Origin: Bacillota bacterium
GTDB lineage: Bacteria > Bacillota > Clostridia > Christensenellales > UBA3700
Direction: 5' to 3'
Assembly (NCBI GenBank): GCA_023396095.1
Contig: JAEWXG010000012.1
Span: 189,365-253,364 of the forward strand
DNA: 64,000 bases
Part shown: piece by piece, positions 50,034 to 62,084 of the stretch
Position numbering within the stretch: position 1 is the first letter of the stretch
How the letters are laid out: each line of letters begins with the position of its first letter
Notes under the pieces: model-generated
Told to the model about the DNA's origin: nothing
The model's database searches: none
What the model saw: the letters and a program-made list of their open reading frames with translations, nothing else
Position numbers and translations under genes: made by a program

Positions 50034-50205
50034 CTCTTCCTCCAAAACTTAAAATATTATATTAAATATATCATAATGTGCGACTAGCAACAAACAAATA
50101 AATTATAATTATTAGAAAATAGCAAAATATGTTTTGTCTACTAGAAGTTCTAATTTTACATAATGTCAACATCAAATATTTTTTTACACTATTATATTTT
50201 CTTCA

Positions 50206-50234
50206 TTGCGCACTGTGCCTTAATGTTATATTAT
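50206..50234 (+). promoter_or_regulatory. Promoter of leuS-serS
   Basis: TTGCGC (50206..50211), a 17-nt spacer, then TATTAT (50229..50234). Confidence 0.35.
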
Positions 50235-50266
50235 ATTAAATATTATATTAGTGAAGGAGATAAAAA

Positions 50267-52696
50267 ATGGATTATAAATTGGTAGATAAAAAATGGCAAA
50301 CATTCTGGGAAGAAAACAAAACATATAAATTCAATACAAAAAAAATTGATAAAAAGAAGTATGTTTTAGAAATGCTCCCTTATCCTTCAAGCGCCAAACT
50401 CCACGTTGGACATTGGTATAACTATGGCCCTTCTGACACTTATGCTAGATTCAAAAGAATGCAGGGATATGAAGTGTTCCAACCAATGGGCTTTGATGCA
50501 TTTGGCTTACCTGCAGAAAACTATGCAATAAAAACTGGAATCCATCCACAAGATAGCACGATAGAAAATATTAAAAAAATGGAAATCACTTTAAAGGAAA
50601 TTGGTACTTCTATTGACTGGGATTATGAAATTAAAACTTGTATGCCAGATTACTATAAATGGACTCAATGGTTATTTGAACAATTTTACAAAAAAGGTCT
50701 TGCTTATAGAAAAAATGCCCCTGTAAACTGGTGTCCTTCTTGTAATACAGTTCTTGCTAACGAGCAAGTTGTTGACAATAGATGTGAAAGATGTACTAGC
50801 GAAGTTGTAAGAAAAGATTTAACACAATGGTTTTTCAAAATTACTGATTATGCTGAAGAGTTGTTATCGGGATTAGAAACAATTGATTGGCCGGAAAAAA
50901 CAAAGTTAATGCAAAAAAATTGGATCGGAAAATCAGTTGGATCGGAAGTTAATTTTGTTTGTGAGAGCGGTGATCAATTTAGCGTCTTTACTACTCGTGT
51001 TGATACCTTATATGGAGTTCAATATGTGGTTTTAGCGCCAGAACATCCTCTTGTGAAGAAATTAACAACAGATGAAAATAAAAAAGCTGTTGAAGAATAT
51101 TTAGAATATGTTTCTAAAGCAAATGAAATCGAAAGATTATCTTCGACAAGAGAAAAAACAGGTGTTTTTATCGGTGCATATTGTATACATCCATTAACTA
51201 AAAAAAGAATTCCTATTTGGATTAGTGATTATGTTTTATTTTCTTATGGCACAGGTGCTGTTATGGGCGTTCCTGCCCACGACGAAAGAGACTTTGCTTT
51301 TGCCACAAAGTATAACTTGCCAATTACAAGGGTCGTTGCAAGTGCTGATAAAATAAATGATGAACTTCCTTTCGTTGAATATGGTATTTCAGTTAACAGT
51401 GATATATTTTCAAATCTTAAAACTCACGAAGCACAGGAAAAAATAGTGGAAAAACTGGAAGCAATCGGAGCAGGGAAAAAGAAGATCAACTACAGATTAA
51501 GAGATTGGTTAATTTCAAGACAGAGATATTGGGGTTGCCCTATTCCTGTTATACATTGTCCGCACTGCGGAGAAGTTTTAGTCCCTGAAAAAGATCTTCC
51601 TGTCCTTTTGCCATATAATGTTGACTTTACCCCTGACGGAAAATCACCTTTGTTAAAAAGTGAAGAATTTATGAACGTAAAATGTCCAAAATGCGGAGCC
51701 GACGCTAAAAGGGAACCAGATACACTCGACACTTTCGTTTGTTCATCATGGTATTTTTTAAGATACCCAGATGCTCATAATGATAAAGAAGCTTTCAACA
51801 AAGAATTGATTAATAAAATGTTACCTGTAGACAAGTATATCGGTGGAGCCGAACACGCTTGTATGCACCTTCTTTATGCAAGATTTTTTACTAAAGCATT
51901 AAGAGACATGGGACACTTAAACTTCGATGAACCTTTTACATCACTTGTGCATCAAGGTACAATTTTGGGCCCAGACAGCAATAAAATGAGCAAATCACGC
52001 GGAAATGTTATTTCACCAGATGATTTCGTAAGAGATTTAGGCTCTGATATATTTAGGTTGTATTTAATGTTCGGCTTTTCTTATACGGAAGGTGGTCCTT
52101 GGAGTTCTAACGGTATAGAATCAACAAAAAAATTTGTTGATAGAGTTGTTAGATTAGTTGAAGATTCTTTGACTATTACTGAAGGGCATAACAACTTCGG
52201 AGAAAACGAAAAAGAATTAAATTTTGTTAGAAATAATTCAATTAAATCTATAGCAAATGATTTGGAGAACTTCTCTTTCAATACTGCTATTGCCAGAATT
52301 ATGGAATATCTTAATGCCTTAACGCAATATTCCAATAAAAAAGATATTAACGTTGTTTTCTATAAGAAATGCATTTTTGATTTAGTTTTATTGCTTGCTC
52401 CATTCGCTCCTCACGTTTCAGAAGAATTACATGAAATGTTGGGTGAAAAAGGATCTATATTTGAAAAATCTTATCCGGTATATGATGTAGCAGCATTGGT
52501 TAAAGATAGTTACGAGCTAGCAGTGCAAATTAACTCAAAAATAAGAGGAAAAATACTGGTTGCAAATAATATGTCAGATGAGGAAATTAAATCAGTGGCT
52601 ATGCAAAATGAAACAATTGCAAAACTTTTAGAAAATAGTACAATCGTTAAAACTGTTGTTATACCGAAACGATTAATCAATTTTGTAATTAAATAA
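50267..52696 (+). CDS. leuS: Leucine--tRNA ligase
   Basis: HVGH (the HIGH motif), KMSKS, a CP1 editing domain; 809 aa. Confidence 0.97.
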   Translation: MDYKLVDKKWQTFWEENKTYKFNTKKIDKKKYVLEMLPYPSSAKLHVGHWYNYGPSDTYARFKRMQGYEVFQPMGFDAFGLPAENYAIKTGIHPQDSTIENIKKMEITLKEIGTSIDWDYEIKTCMPDYYKWTQWLFEQFYKKGLAYRKNAPVNWCPSCNTVLANEQVVDNRCERCTSEVVRKDLTQWFFKITDYAEELLSGLETIDWPEKTKLMQKNWIGKSVGSEVNFVCESGDQFSVFTTRVDTLYGVQYVVLAPEHPLVKKLTTDENKKAVEEYLEYVSKANEIERLSSTREKTGVFIGAYCIHPLTKKRIPIWISDYVLFSYGTGAVMGVPAHDERDFAFATKYNLPITRVVASADKINDELPFVEYGISVNSDIFSNLKTHEAQEKIVEKLEAIGAGKKKINYRLRDWLISRQRYWGCPIPVIHCPHCGEVLVPEKDLPVLLPYNVDFTPDGKSPLLKSEEFMNVKCPKCGADAKREPDTLDTFVCSSWYFLRYPDAHNDKEAFNKELINKMLPVDKYIGGAEHACMHLLYARFFTKALRDMGHLNFDEPFTSLVHQGTILGPDSNKMSKSRGNVISPDDFVRDLGSDIFRLYLMFGFSYTEGGPWSSNGIESTKKFVDRVVRLVEDSLTITEGHNNFGENEKELNFVRNNSIKSIANDLENFSFNTAIARIMEYLNALTQYSNKKDINVVFYKKCIFDLVLLLAPFAPHVSEELHEMLGEKGSIFEKSYPVYDVAALVKDSYELAVQINSKIRGKILVANNMSDEEIKSVAMQNETIAKLLENSTIVKTVVIPKRLINFVIK

Positions 52697-52709
52697 GAGG
52701 TAAATAATT

Positions 52710-53996
52710 ATGTTAGATTTAAAGTTTGTAATTGATAATATAGATTATGTTAATAAAAAGTTGGCTACAAGAAGTGGATTTTATTCTGCCGATAAACTTA
52801 TCGAATTGAATGCTGAAAGAAAAGCCATTATTTCCAATGTTGAATCACTTAAAGCAAATAAAAATGCTGTTTCAAAACAAGTTGGTGAAATGAAAAAAAA
52901 TAAACAAGATGCTTCAGAAATTATTGAAAAAATGCAAGAAATTAATGCTACAATCAAGGAACTCGACGAAAGATTATCTTTTTTGGAAAACGAAATAAAA
53001 AGTTCTCTTCTCGCTATTCCTAATATCCCAAGCGATTCCACTCCAATTGGAAAAGATAGTAATGACAATGTTGAAGTAAGAAAATTTTTAACTCCTACTA
53101 CTTTTAATTTTGAGCCAAAAGCTCACTGGGATTTAGGAGAGGCTTTAGATATATTTGATTGGCCTAGGGCATCTAAAATAACAGGTGCTAGATTCACTGT
53201 TTACAAAGGATTAGGGGCAAAACTGGAAAGAGCTGTTATCAATTTTATGCTAGATACTCATGCTGAATCTGGGTACACTGAAATTTTGCCACCATTTATG
53301 GTAAATAAGGATAGTATGATTGGGACAGGTCAATTACCTAAATTCGTTGATGATATGTATGCTGTTACAGGAACAGATTACTACCTAATCCCTACAGCAG
53401 AAGTTCCTGTTACAAACCTACATAGAAATGACATTTTACAAGAAAGTGATTTGCCGATTTCGTACTGTTCATACACTGCTTGTTTTAGAGGTGAAGCTGG
53501 CTCCGCCGGCAGAGATACTCGTGGTTTAATTAGACAACATCAATTTAATAAAGTAGAACTTGTAAAATTTGCTTCCCCAGAAAACAGTTTTGAACAATTA
53601 GAAATTTTAACAGGTAATGCAGAGAAAATTTTACAACTTTTAAAATTGCCTTATCGTGTTGTTAATCTATGCACAGGTGATCTAGGTTTCTCTTCAACCA
53701 AAACATATGATATTGAGGTTTGGATGCCAAGTTATAATAGGTATGTTGAAATATCTTCTTGCTCTAATTTTGTCGACTACCAAGCAAGAAGAGCAAATAT
53801 TAAATATAGAGATAAAGATGGAAAATTGCAATTAGTCCATACTTTAAACGGAAGCGGTCTTGCTGTTGGCAGAACCGTTGCTGCAATTTTGGAAAACTTC
53901 CAAAATCCTGACGGATCAATTACTGTTCCGGAAGTTTTAAGAAAATACATCGGTACAGATATTATTAATATAGTACAAAAAGGAGAATTTTTATGA
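52710..53996 (+). CDS. serS: Serine--tRNA ligase
   Basis: An N-terminal coiled-coil arm and class II motifs ([30 protein letters not shown]). Confidence 0.97.
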   Translation: MLDLKFVIDNIDYVNKKLATRSGFYSADKLIELNAERKAIISNVESLKANKNAVSKQVGEMKKNKQDASEIIEKMQEINATIKELDERLSFLENEIKSSLLAIPNIPSDSTPIGKDSNDNVEVRKFLTPTTFNFEPKAHWDLGEALDIFDWPRASKITGARFTVYKGLGAKLERAVINFMLDTHAESGYTEILPPFMVNKDSMIGTGQLPKFVDDMYAVTGTDYYLIPTAEVPVTNLHRNDILQESDLPISYCSYTACFRGEAGSAGRDTRGLIRQHQFNKVELVKFASPENSFEQLEILTGNAEKILQLLKLPYRVVNLCTGDLGFSSTKTYDIEVWMPSYNRYVEISSCSNFVDYQARRANIKYRDKDGKLQLVHTLNGSGLAVGRTVAAILENFQNPDGSITVPEVLRKYIGTDIINIVQKGEFL

Positions 53997-55024
53997 CATT
54001 AATGCAAAACGAAATTTTTTCTGAGCCTTTGGTAATTCAAAGAACAATTGATACCAACATCGAGTTAGTTCAAACAATAGCCAAAGAACTTAAGAAAAGA
54101 AATATCAAAACTATTTTTACAATGGCTAGAGGAACATCTGATAATGCTGCTACTTGTTTCTCGTTTGCTTGCCAAACATTTACTAATATTAAAGTTGGTA
54201 AATTCCACCCATCAATAGCAACAATTTATAATGCAAAACTTGATATGTCAGATACTTGCTTATTAGTTATCTCTCAAAGTGGTATGTCAAAAGATACTAT
54301 CGATGTGCTAAGAAAAGCAAAAGCAAATGGTGCATTTATTGTAGGCGTGACAAATAACCTTGACTCTCTAACAGCAAAAGAATCTGATTTTCATATTTAT
54401 TTAAATGTTGATGAAGAAAAAAGTGTTGCTGCTACAAAAACTTATATAAGCGAATTGGTAGCATTATATATGCTTGTTGAGGCTCTTTCAAATAAAAGCT
54501 TTATAAATGATATAAAGAAAATCCCAGCAAGAATAAAAGATATACTAACTTTAAACGATAAAATAAAATTAATTGCAAAACAACTTTCTAAATTAAATAA
54601 TTTTATAATCTTATCAAGAGGACATATGCAAGGTACTTGTGATGAAATAGGCTTAAAATTAACTGAATGTTGCTACCTTTATACAAAAACTTTCTCATCA
54701 GCTAATTTTATGCACGGACCTCTTTCCTTACTTGCAGAAAATGCAAATATAGTTCTTCTAGCTCCTTCAGGAGTTAATGAACAAGAATACATTTCGCTTG
54801 CAAAAAGAGCAAAAGAAGCTAAAGCAAATCTGATTGCTTTTAGTGATATAAAAGAGATTTTAGATTTTGCTGATATTTCTCTAATTATGCCTACATATGA
54901 TGATTTAACAAATTCTATAACTTATGGCGTTGTTGCTTCTTTATTAGCACTTAATACTGGCATAGAAAGAGGAATTGACGTTGATCAACCAAGAAATCTA
55001 AACAAAGTAACTATTACTCTTTAG
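53993..55024 (+). CDS. Double-SIS-domain sugar-phosphate isomerase/deaminase (GlmS C-terminal-like; AgaS/FrlB/NagB-II family)
   Basis: [28 protein letters not shown]. No glutaminase domain. ATGA overlap with the serS stop. Confidence 0.75.
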   Translation: MTLMQNEIFSEPLVIQRTIDTNIELVQTIAKELKKRNIKTIFTMARGTSDNAATCFSFACQTFTNIKVGKFHPSIATIYNAKLDMSDTCLLVISQSGMSKDTIDVLRKAKANGAFIVGVTNNLDSLTAKESDFHIYLNVDEEKSVAATKTYISELVALYMLVEALSNKSFINDIKKIPARIKDILTLNDKIKLIAKQLSKLNNFIILSRGHMQGTCDEIGLKLTECCYLYTKTFSSANFMHGPLSLLAENANIVLLAPSGVNEQEYISLAKRAKEAKANLIAFSDIKEILDFADISLIMPTYDDLTNSITYGVVASLLALNTGIERGIDVDQPRNLNKVTITL

Positions 55025-55049
55025 AACTTAAAAACTTAAAAATAAATTT

Positions 55050-55086
55050 AAGAATGGCTTGAGCAAAAAAGTCATTCTTTTTTTTA
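55050..55086 (+). terminator. Terminator after the SIS gene
   Basis: AAGAATG (55050..55056) pairs with CATTCTT (55073..55079), followed by a T-run. Confidence 0.6.
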
Positions 55087-55127
55087 TAACTATTCCTCAC
55101 TCTTGCAATTTATGAGCAAAAATAAAA

Positions 55128-55167
55128 AACCTCTAAAATTCTTTCTTTTTAAAGTTTTTTAGAGGTT
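55128..55167 (-). terminator. Terminator after the MBL-fold gene
   Basis: An 11-bp stem, AACCTCTAAAA (55128..55138) paired with TTTTAGAGGTT (55157..55167). A U-run follows on the minus strand. Confidence 0.6.
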
Positions 55168-55199
55168 AATATTAATAAAAAAGAGGTTTATTTTTATAG

Positions 55200-55859
55200 T
55201 TAATCAACTCTTTGTTTTGAAAATACTACAACTTTTGTTGATTCTCCATCAAATTCTGATCTTTCAAATGCCATTCTGTCATTATCGAGATACACAATTT
55301 CTTCATCATCAAAAAGTGAAAGAAATTCATCTACTTTATCAATATCTAAATCTGTATCTTTATCTTTATAATGCATTGGAATAACTATATCAGGCATAAT
55401 TAACGACACATACTCTTTTGCCGTTGCAGCATCAATTGTATATTTACCGCCAACTGGGATAAATAGTATATTTACAGGGCCAATAGCTTCAAGAATGGAA
55501 ATATGTGGCTCCATATTGATATCTCCCATATGACATACATCAATACCGTCCATTCTATATTTAAAAACTAAATTGTCACCTTTATTGTGTTTTGTTTCTT
55601 GCGCTTGTGGACATTTAAAACTATATATTTGGACACCTTTAACATCAAAAGCCCCAACTGTATCAATAATTTGAGGTTCCCCTATTATTTCCGATAAAGG
55701 ATTATATTTTGTGTAATTATGGCTTACTGTAACTACATCCGCCTTTACAGGTGGCATTTTAAATCCAACACTTTTTTCATTAAATGGATCTGCCACAATA
55801 CTACTTCCAGTAGATTCTTCTAATTTAAAACACGAATGGCCAAGCCATCGAACTTCCAT
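55200..55859 (-). CDS. Metallo-beta-lactamase-fold hydrolase (UPF0173-like)
   Basis: MEVRWLGHSCFKLEE...VTVSHNY.... Confidence 0.75.
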   Translation of the reverse strand: MEVRWLGHSCFKLEESTGSSIVADPFNEKSVGFKMPPVKADVVTVSHNYTKYNPLSEIIGEPQIIDTVGAFDVKGVQIYSFKCPQAQETKHNKGDNLVFKYRMDGIDVCHMGDINMEPHISILEAIGPVNILFIPVGGKYTIDAATAKEYVSLIMPDIVIPMHYKDKDTDLDIDKVDEFLSLFDDEEIVYLDNDRMAFERSEFDGESTKVVVFSKQRVD

Positions 55860-55925
55860 ATATCCTCCATGTCATTTTCTGACAACTTAATAATATGCTA
55901 GCACAAGAAAAATGGCATTGCAATA

Positions 55926-57125
55926 TTAATCAATATCCAAAGCGTCTTCTTTCTCTGGCCCTGGTATATTATATTTTTTAATCAAATCATTTATTTTATC
56001 ATGCGGGTCTAATAATTCAGATAGTGACATTCCTTGATTGCAAGCTACGATTATATATGCTAAAAATTTAGATAAATCTGCACATATAAACCATTCTCTT
56101 TGTTTTAATTCCTCAGGAACATAAGTTAAATTCGTACTAATCACAGCAGTAAATAACCCTTGCTCATATGCATCATCAAATTTTTTAAGGCCTTCTGTAA
56201 ATAATGCATAAGTTGCTGTTAAGAAAATCTTTTCTGCACCATACTCCTTTAGTTCTGAACATAATCTTAAAACTGAATCGCCAGTAGCTATTATATCATC
56301 CGCAACAAATACTGTTTTCCCCTTAACGTCGTTACCAATATATTCGTGCGCAACTATTGGATTACGGCCATTAACGATTGTTGAATAATCTCTACGCTTA
56401 TAAAACATTCCCAAGTCTACTCCAAGTACAGCAGAATAGTACATATTTCTACTCATCGCTCCCTCGTCCGGACTAACAACCATGAAATTATTTTTATCAA
56501 CTTTTACATTTGGATATTTTCTTAGTAATGCTTTTAAAATTTGATATGTTGGCAAAAAATTATCAAATCCCATTAATGGTACTGCGTTTTGAACTCTTGG
56601 GTCATGTGCATCAAAAGTAATAATATCAGTAACTCCCATATCATATAACTCATGAAGCATTTGTGAACAATCCAATGATTCACGGGCATTTCTTCTATGC
56701 TGTCTACCACCATAAAGCAATGGCATAATAACTGTAATTTTGCTAGCTTTTCCAGCCATTGCAGAAATTATCCTTTTTAAATCTGCATAATGGTCATCTG
56801 GAGACATTCTGTTTTTTCTTCCAAACATTTCATATTCAATTGAATAATTTCCAACATCGCAAAGAATATATACATCCTTACCCCTAACGGTTTCACATAC
56901 CATACCTTTGGCGTCACCTGTTGTAAATCTAGGACATTGATTTTTCAATAAAAATGTTCCTTTTGGATTTGTTTTGCAATGTATACTGGCTTTTTCCTTA
57001 AACCATTTATTCAAATAATAGTCTATTTGTTCTGCAATTTCTTGCGCTCCTGATAAAGGTATAATTGAAAGTCTGTTTTCTTTTTCCTTCTCATAAGTAA
57101 ATATCGCTTCTACAAAAGGCGTCAT
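55926..57125 (-). CDS. Divergent long-form ribose-phosphate pyrophosphokinase-like protein
   Basis: PRPP-binding loop VADDIIATGDS and the RFTTGD flag region. The start is ATG 57125 (GGAGGG upstream), 17 nt after the DUF1846 stop. Confidence 0.7.
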   Translation of the reverse strand: MTPFVEAIFTYEKEKENRLSIIPLSGAQEIAEQIDYYLNKWFKEKASIHCKTNPKGTFLLKNQCPRFTTGDAKGMVCETVRGKDVYILCDVGNYSIEYEMFGRKNRMSPDDHYADLKRIISAMAGKASKITVIMPLLYGGRQHRRNARESLDCSQMLHELYDMGVTDIITFDAHDPRVQNAVPLMGFDNFLPTYQILKALLRKYPNVKVDKNNFMVVSPDEGAMSRNMYYSAVLGVDLGMFYKRRDYSTIVNGRNPIVAHEYIGNDVKGKTVFVADDIIATGDSVLRLCSELKEYGAEKIFLTATYALFTEGLKKFDDAYEQGLFTAVISTNLTYVPEELKQREWFICADLSKFLAYIIVACNQGMSLSELLDPHDKINDLIKKYNIPGPEKEDALDID

Positions 57126-57141
57126 TTTATATCCCTCCAAA

Positions 57142-58611
57142 TTAATAATACGTAGCCATTATAGGCTCTGTCGTTAAATAAATATTCATTTTATGCATTA
57201 TAATATCGTCACTTTTATTTATCATTGATGAAGCATGTGCATCACACTTTGAAAGCTCACCAACTTTGTCTAAGGCTTTTTTAACTTGAGTATTCCCAGT
57301 AGCGCTAATACTTAATGCAACCAGTGTCTCTTCTAAAGTTAAAACTTTATCCTCTTTTAAACAATCTTTTTTCATTTTTAAAATTGGTTTTAAAATTGAC
57401 GATGATATTAACTCAACTTCATCATCTATCTTAGCTAAATACTTGATTGCATTCAATAACATCGCAGATGCTGCAGATAATAAACTTCCTTCCTTACCCG
57501 TAATGATTTTACCATCTTCTAACTCAATAGCTATAACTGTTGTCTTTTCTTTTTCGCTTTTTTCTTTTGAAATCATAACAACAGGCCTATCTAGTACCGA
57601 TATATTTAATTCGCTCATTAAATACTCTATTTTTTCTTGAGTAGACTTATCATTTAATCCTTGAACATAATCACATTGGGCCTTAAAGTATCTCCTCAAT
57701 ACTTCTTTTTTTGCCATATTGGAACATAACTCGTCATCAACAATAGCATGAGCAATCATATTAACTCCCATATCTGTTGGTGATTTATATATTTCCTCTC
57801 CCATAATTTTAGATATTATTGATTTTACAACAGGAAAAACTTCAATATCTCTATTATAGTTAACAGTTTTTTCTCCGTAAGCTTCAAGATGGAAAATATC
57901 TATCATATTTACATCTTTTAAGTCTGCAGTAGCAGCTTCGTATGCTATATTAACAGGATGCTTTAGCGGCAAATTCCAAACAGGGAATGTCTCGTATTTT
58001 GCATATCCTGCTTTACTTCCATTTTTAAACTCATGGTATAGTTGGCAAAGACAAGTTGCAAGCTTTCCACTTCCTGGACCAGGAGCTGTAACTACTACTA
58101 ACTTTTTTGTTGTTTTAATATATGGATTTTGCCCATATCCTTCATCTGAAATAATAGTTTCAATATCTGTTGGATAGCCTTTCGTCTTCGTATGAATATA
58201 TACTTTGATATTTCTACGTTCTAATTTTCTTTTATAAATGTCTGCTGACATTTGATTAGCATATTGAGTAATAACAACACTATTAACGTCAATTTTTCTA
58301 GATTTAAAAAACTCAATTAACCTTAATGTGTCTGTTCCGTAATCAACTAACGAATCAGATCTAATTTTATTCCTTTCCAGATCATTAGCAGAAATAGCAA
58401 TTATTACTTCTGCATCATTTTTTAATGTTTCCAAAATTTTAATTTTTACTTGTGGATCAAATCCCGGCAATACCCTTGCCGCATGACCATCATCCAACAA
58501 TTTGCCACCAAACTCTAAATACAATTTATTACCGGGTGTTAAAGCTATTCTATTAAGAATTTTTTCAGTTTGTTCTTTAACATATCGTTCATTATCAAAT
58601 CCTAATTTCAT
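57142..58611 (-). CDS. UPF0371/DUF1846 family protein
   Basis: 489 aa. The N-terminus MKLGFDNERYVKEQTEKILNRI... and the overall length are typical of the family as I recall it. Confidence 0.65.
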   Translation of the reverse strand: MKLGFDNERYVKEQTEKILNRIALTPGNKLYLEFGGKLLDDGHAARVLPGFDPQVKIKILETLKNDAEVIIAISANDLERNKIRSDSLVDYGTDTLRLIEFFKSRKIDVNSVVITQYANQMSADIYKRKLERRNIKVYIHTKTKGYPTDIETIISDEGYGQNPYIKTTKKLVVVTAPGPGSGKLATCLCQLYHEFKNGSKAGYAKYETFPVWNLPLKHPVNIAYEAATADLKDVNMIDIFHLEAYGEKTVNYNRDIEVFPVVKSIISKIMGEEIYKSPTDMGVNMIAHAIVDDELCSNMAKKEVLRRYFKAQCDYVQGLNDKSTQEKIEYLMSELNISVLDRPVVMISKEKSEKEKTTVIAIELEDGKIITGKEGSLLSAASAMLLNAIKYLAKIDDEVELISSSILKPILKMKKDCLKEDKVLTLEETLVALSISATGNTQVKKALDKVGELSKCDAHASSMINKSDDIIMHKMNIYLTTEPIMATYY

Positions 58612-58710
58612 ATTGCCTCAATTCATTCGATTATATAGTAGCATTTTTATTTTTTTCATGCACATTATATTGCGTGCGACTTTTTATAAATCCATAAAAA
58701 ATAATTATTG

Positions 58711-60078
58711 CTATAATGAATAACCTTCTTTAGCCATTTTTTCAGCTTTTGCATTTATGGAATCAATGAACTCATCATTGTTCTTAGTCTTAATCATTGC
58801 ATCAATTAAACTTTCTGTGGCTTCTTGCGTATCTCCAGACGAAAGTATCCTTCTTATGGCAAATGTAGCTTTCAATTCTTTATCTGTTAATAATAGATCT
58901 TCTCTTCTAGTTCCACTTCTATTCAAATCAATTGCAGGGAAGATTCTCTTTTCTGACAATTTTCTATCCAAATGAATTTCCAAGTTCCCAGTTCCTTTAA
59001 ATTCTTCATATATAACATCATCCATTCTAGAACCAGTATCCACAAGAGCCGTTGCAATAATAGTTAAACTTCCACCTTTTTCAATATTTCTTGCAGCACC
59101 AAAAAATCTTTTTGGTAAATGCAAAGATGCAGGATCAATACCACCGGACAAAGTCCTCCCAGATGGTTGAACAGTTAAATTGTATGCACGAGCAAGTCTT
59201 GTTAAGCTATCCATAATAATAACAACATCTTGTCCTTCCTCAACAAGTCGTTTTGCTCTTTCTATAACAAGTTCAGCAATTTTTGTATGATGCTCAGGGG
59301 TTTCATCAAATGTTGAATAAACCACCTCTCCATCAATTGAGCGCTGCATATCCGTAACTTCTTCTGGTCTTTCATCTATTAATAGAACTATCAATTTCAC
59401 ATCTGCGTATTTTTTTGTAATAGCATTAGCCACTTTCTTTAATAAAGTTGTTTTACCAGCCTTTGGTGGTGAAACAATCATAGCTCTTTGCCCTTTCCCA
59501 ATTGGGGCAATCAAGTCTATACATCTTATAGCAAAATCTTTTGAGGTTTTTTCTGACTCAAGAACAAATCGTTCATCTGGGAATATAGGAACTAGATTCT
59601 CAAACTGCACTCTTGATTTCAAATTATCAATGCCGTGGCCATTAACTTCTAAAATTTCTGTTGCAGATATCGATTTATTTGCACCAGGTTGTTTAGCCTT
59701 GCATTTTACAAAATCACCTCTTCGTAAACCTAACCCTCTTATCAACTTATTGTTCACATGCACATCGCTACTATCAGTTGCTATCTCATAATTTTTTGTT
59801 CTCAAGAAGCCATAACCATCTGTCATAATATCGAGAACACCTTCTATTTCCACTAAACTATCTTCTTTATCAGATGATATATCTAAATTGGGAACCATAA
59901 ATTGAGGCTTTTCTATTTTGGGACCATTCTTTAATTTTACTTCGTTCCCACTTAAGGCATTGATAAAATCTTCTTTTGTTAACAAATTGCTTGAGTACAC
60001 ATTGCATTCTCTTGCATAATCTCTCAATTGAAATAAATTCAATTTCTCTAATTCAGTATTTGGAACTTTTTCACTCAT
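58711..60078 (-). CDS. rho: Transcription termination factor Rho
   Basis: A Rho N-terminal domain, an RNA-binding OB fold, Walker A PPKAGKTT, and [10 protein letters not shown]. The start is taken at MSEKVPN (60078). Confidence 0.95.
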   Translation of the reverse strand: MSEKVPNTELEKLNLFQLRDYARECNVYSSNLLTKEDFINALSGNEVKLKNGPKIEKPQFMVPNLDISSDKEDSLVEIEGVLDIMTDGYGFLRTKNYEIATDSSDVHVNNKLIRGLGLRRGDFVKCKAKQPGANKSISATEILEVNGHGIDNLKSRVQFENLVPIFPDERFVLESEKTSKDFAIRCIDLIAPIGKGQRAMIVSPPKAGKTTLLKKVANAITKKYADVKLIVLLIDERPEEVTDMQRSIDGEVVYSTFDETPEHHTKIAELVIERAKRLVEEGQDVVIIMDSLTRLARAYNLTVQPSGRTLSGGIDPASLHLPKRFFGAARNIEKGGSLTIIATALVDTGSRMDDVIYEEFKGTGNLEIHLDRKLSEKRIFPAIDLNRSGTRREDLLLTDKELKATFAIRRILSSGDTQEATESLIDAMIKTKNNDEFIDSINAKAEKMAKEGYSL

Positions 60079-60239
60079 TTTTATCTCCAGAAATTTCATT
60101 ATTCACATAAAAATTTTTAACACATAGAATAATAAAATATAACTAAACTTCATTTCAAATATTATCTTTCAAACATAAAAACTGATAAATAACATAAAAT
60201 TGTCTTTTCTTAAATTCTGTTGGAAAATTTAAATAAACG

Positions 60240-62084
60240 TTAAACTTCTTTCTTTAGTTCAAAGACATAACATTCTTTTGACTTAAAGAATAGTGACCCA
60301 GCACTATAGTTTCTATTAAAAACAATTTTATTAACATTGTCAAACATTCTCTCAATATTATAATTAGTATTATTAATAACAAATAGAAATTTCTTTCTTG
60401 CACTTTCGCGAGTAAAGATCAGAAGCTCTGTGTCGTATATAAACTCTATATCACCTCTAAAAACATCTTTATTAGAACTTCTTAGTTTTCCTAATAACTG
60501 ATAATAATTTAAAAGCTCTTCATCTATATTGTCCCAAGGGAAAACTTTTCTATTTAATGGATCTTCATAACCTTCTATCCCAACTTCATCGCCATAATAA
60601 ATGCTGGGAACTCCGGGCAAAACATATTGCAAAAAAGCTGCAATTTTCAATTTTTGTTTAGCGTTTTTATATTCTAATTCATCCATTAAAAAATCCCTTC
60701 TCTGTGCCTTTGTTGAATAACTCAAATCAATGTTTGATAATTCGGTCAGTATTCTTGTGGTATCATGCGTTCCAAGCAATGTTAACGATACATCTAATGA
60801 CTGTTTAGGATAATTTTCAATAATATCCATAACTGTATTTCTAAAAGATAAAATATCATTTGTTTTCACATAATCTATAATGGCACCCTTAAAAACATAA
60901 TTCATCACTCCATCAAGTTCAGCTCCTAAAAAGTACTCCCTTCTCTCGTCATAACTTGTTTTATTTGATGCGTCTTCCCAAACTTCTCCAATTAATAAAA
61001 TGTCTTGATTGATGCTCTTAATTCTATTTCTTATATTTTGTACAAATTCCTTTTTTAATTCATCTACAACATCTAATCTCCAACCACCTAAATGAAAATT
61101 AGACCATTTATTAATAACACCATTTTCTCCGGCAATAAAATCTATATAACTTTTATTTGATTGATTTACAGATGGACAAATAGTTACTCCCCACCAACAC
61201 CTATATTTCCTAGGAAATTCCTCGAAATCAAACCAATCATAATATTTAGAGTCACGACTTTGATATGCACCAACTTCATTAAACCGGTTATACTTATTAA
61301 AATAAATGCTATCCGCTCCAGTATGGTTAAAAACCCCATCCAACATAATTTTAATGTTAGCTTTTTCGGCTCTACTTATTAAATATTTAAAATCTTCTTC
61401 ATCACCAAGAATTTCATCTAAATTCAAATAATCAGCTGTATCATACCTATGATTTGATGGCGAAGTAAAAATTGGTGACAAATACAACAATGAAACCCCC
61501 AATGCTTTTAAATACGGGATCTTTTCTGCTATACCTCTAAGATTACCACAATAAAAATCATTGGCCCTGAAAACTCCATCAGGATCTTTTATCGTGATCT
61601 TTTCATCCCAATTTTTAATTACTGCCCCTTTTTTTTGTGGTTCTTTTTTTAACAGAGCTTTATTAAATCTATCAACAAAGATGTGATAAACTATTCCGCC
61701 TTTAATATAATTAGGCGTAGTATATGTATTATTAAAAACTGTTAATTGATATCTTCTGTCTGAATCTAACGAAAGATTGGCGTTTGCATCTCTTTTAAAT
61801 TCAAACTGTCCTATTTCGCTTTGAACTACAAAGTGATACCAGTATAAGCCTTCTTGTTGCGCCTTATATTTTAAAGAGAAAATTGAATAATTGTTCTCTT
61901 TTCTTTTATATGGCATTTTTAAATATTCTGGACTTTCATTATCCTTATTAATTACTAAAAATACGCTCTCAACAAAAACACCATCTTTAACTCTAAAATT
62001 AAAAGATAGTGTTTTACCATTTGCGATTGCCCCAAAAGGACTCTTAGAATTTATATCACGTGAATTATAGTAACAAGATAACAT
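60240..62084 (-). CDS. GH13 alpha-glucan hydrolase (neopullulanase/cyclomaltodextrinase-like)
   Basis: DGVFNH, GWRLDVVDE, GEVWED, LGTHDT. TAATG overlap with the phosphorylase stop. Confidence 0.88.
   Translation of the reverse strand: MLSCYYNSRDINSKSPFGAIANGKTLSFNFRVKDGVFVESVFLVINKDNESPEYLKMPYKRKENNYSIFSLKYKAQQEGLYWYHFVVQSEIGQFEFKRDANANLSLDSDRRYQLTVFNNTYTTPNYIKGGIVYHIFVDRFNKALLKKEPQKKGAVIKNWDEKITIKDPDGVFRANDFYCGNLRGIAEKIPYLKALGVSLLYLSPIFTSPSNHRYDTADYLNLDEILGDEEDFKYLISRAEKANIKIMLDGVFNHTGADSIYFNKYNRFNEVGAYQSRDSKYYDWFDFEEFPRKYRCWWGVTICPSVNQSNKSYIDFIAGENGVINKWSNFHLGGWRLDVVDELKKEFVQNIRNRIKSINQDILLIGEVWEDASNKTSYDERREYFLGAELDGVMNYVFKGAIIDYVKTNDILSFRNTVMDIIENYPKQSLDVSLTLLGTHDTTRILTELSNIDLSYSTKAQRRDFLMDELEYKNAKQKLKIAAFLQYVLPGVPSIYYGDEVGIEGYEDPLNRKVFPWDNIDEELLNYYQLLGKLRSSNKDVFRGDIEFIYDTELLIFTRESARKKFLFVINNTNYNIERMFDNVNKIVFNRNYSAGSLFFKSKECYVFELKKEV

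Noticed and set aside
50046-50266. T-box leaders upstream of leuS/serS, an S-box upstream of metY, and a purine riboswitch upstream of guaB (8840..9027).
   Set aside because: There is no T-box sequence (AAnnGGGTGGTACCGCG-like), no SAM-I core and no purine-riboswitch core (UAUAAUCGCGUGGAUAUGGCACGCAAGUUUCUACC-like) in these AT-rich gaps.
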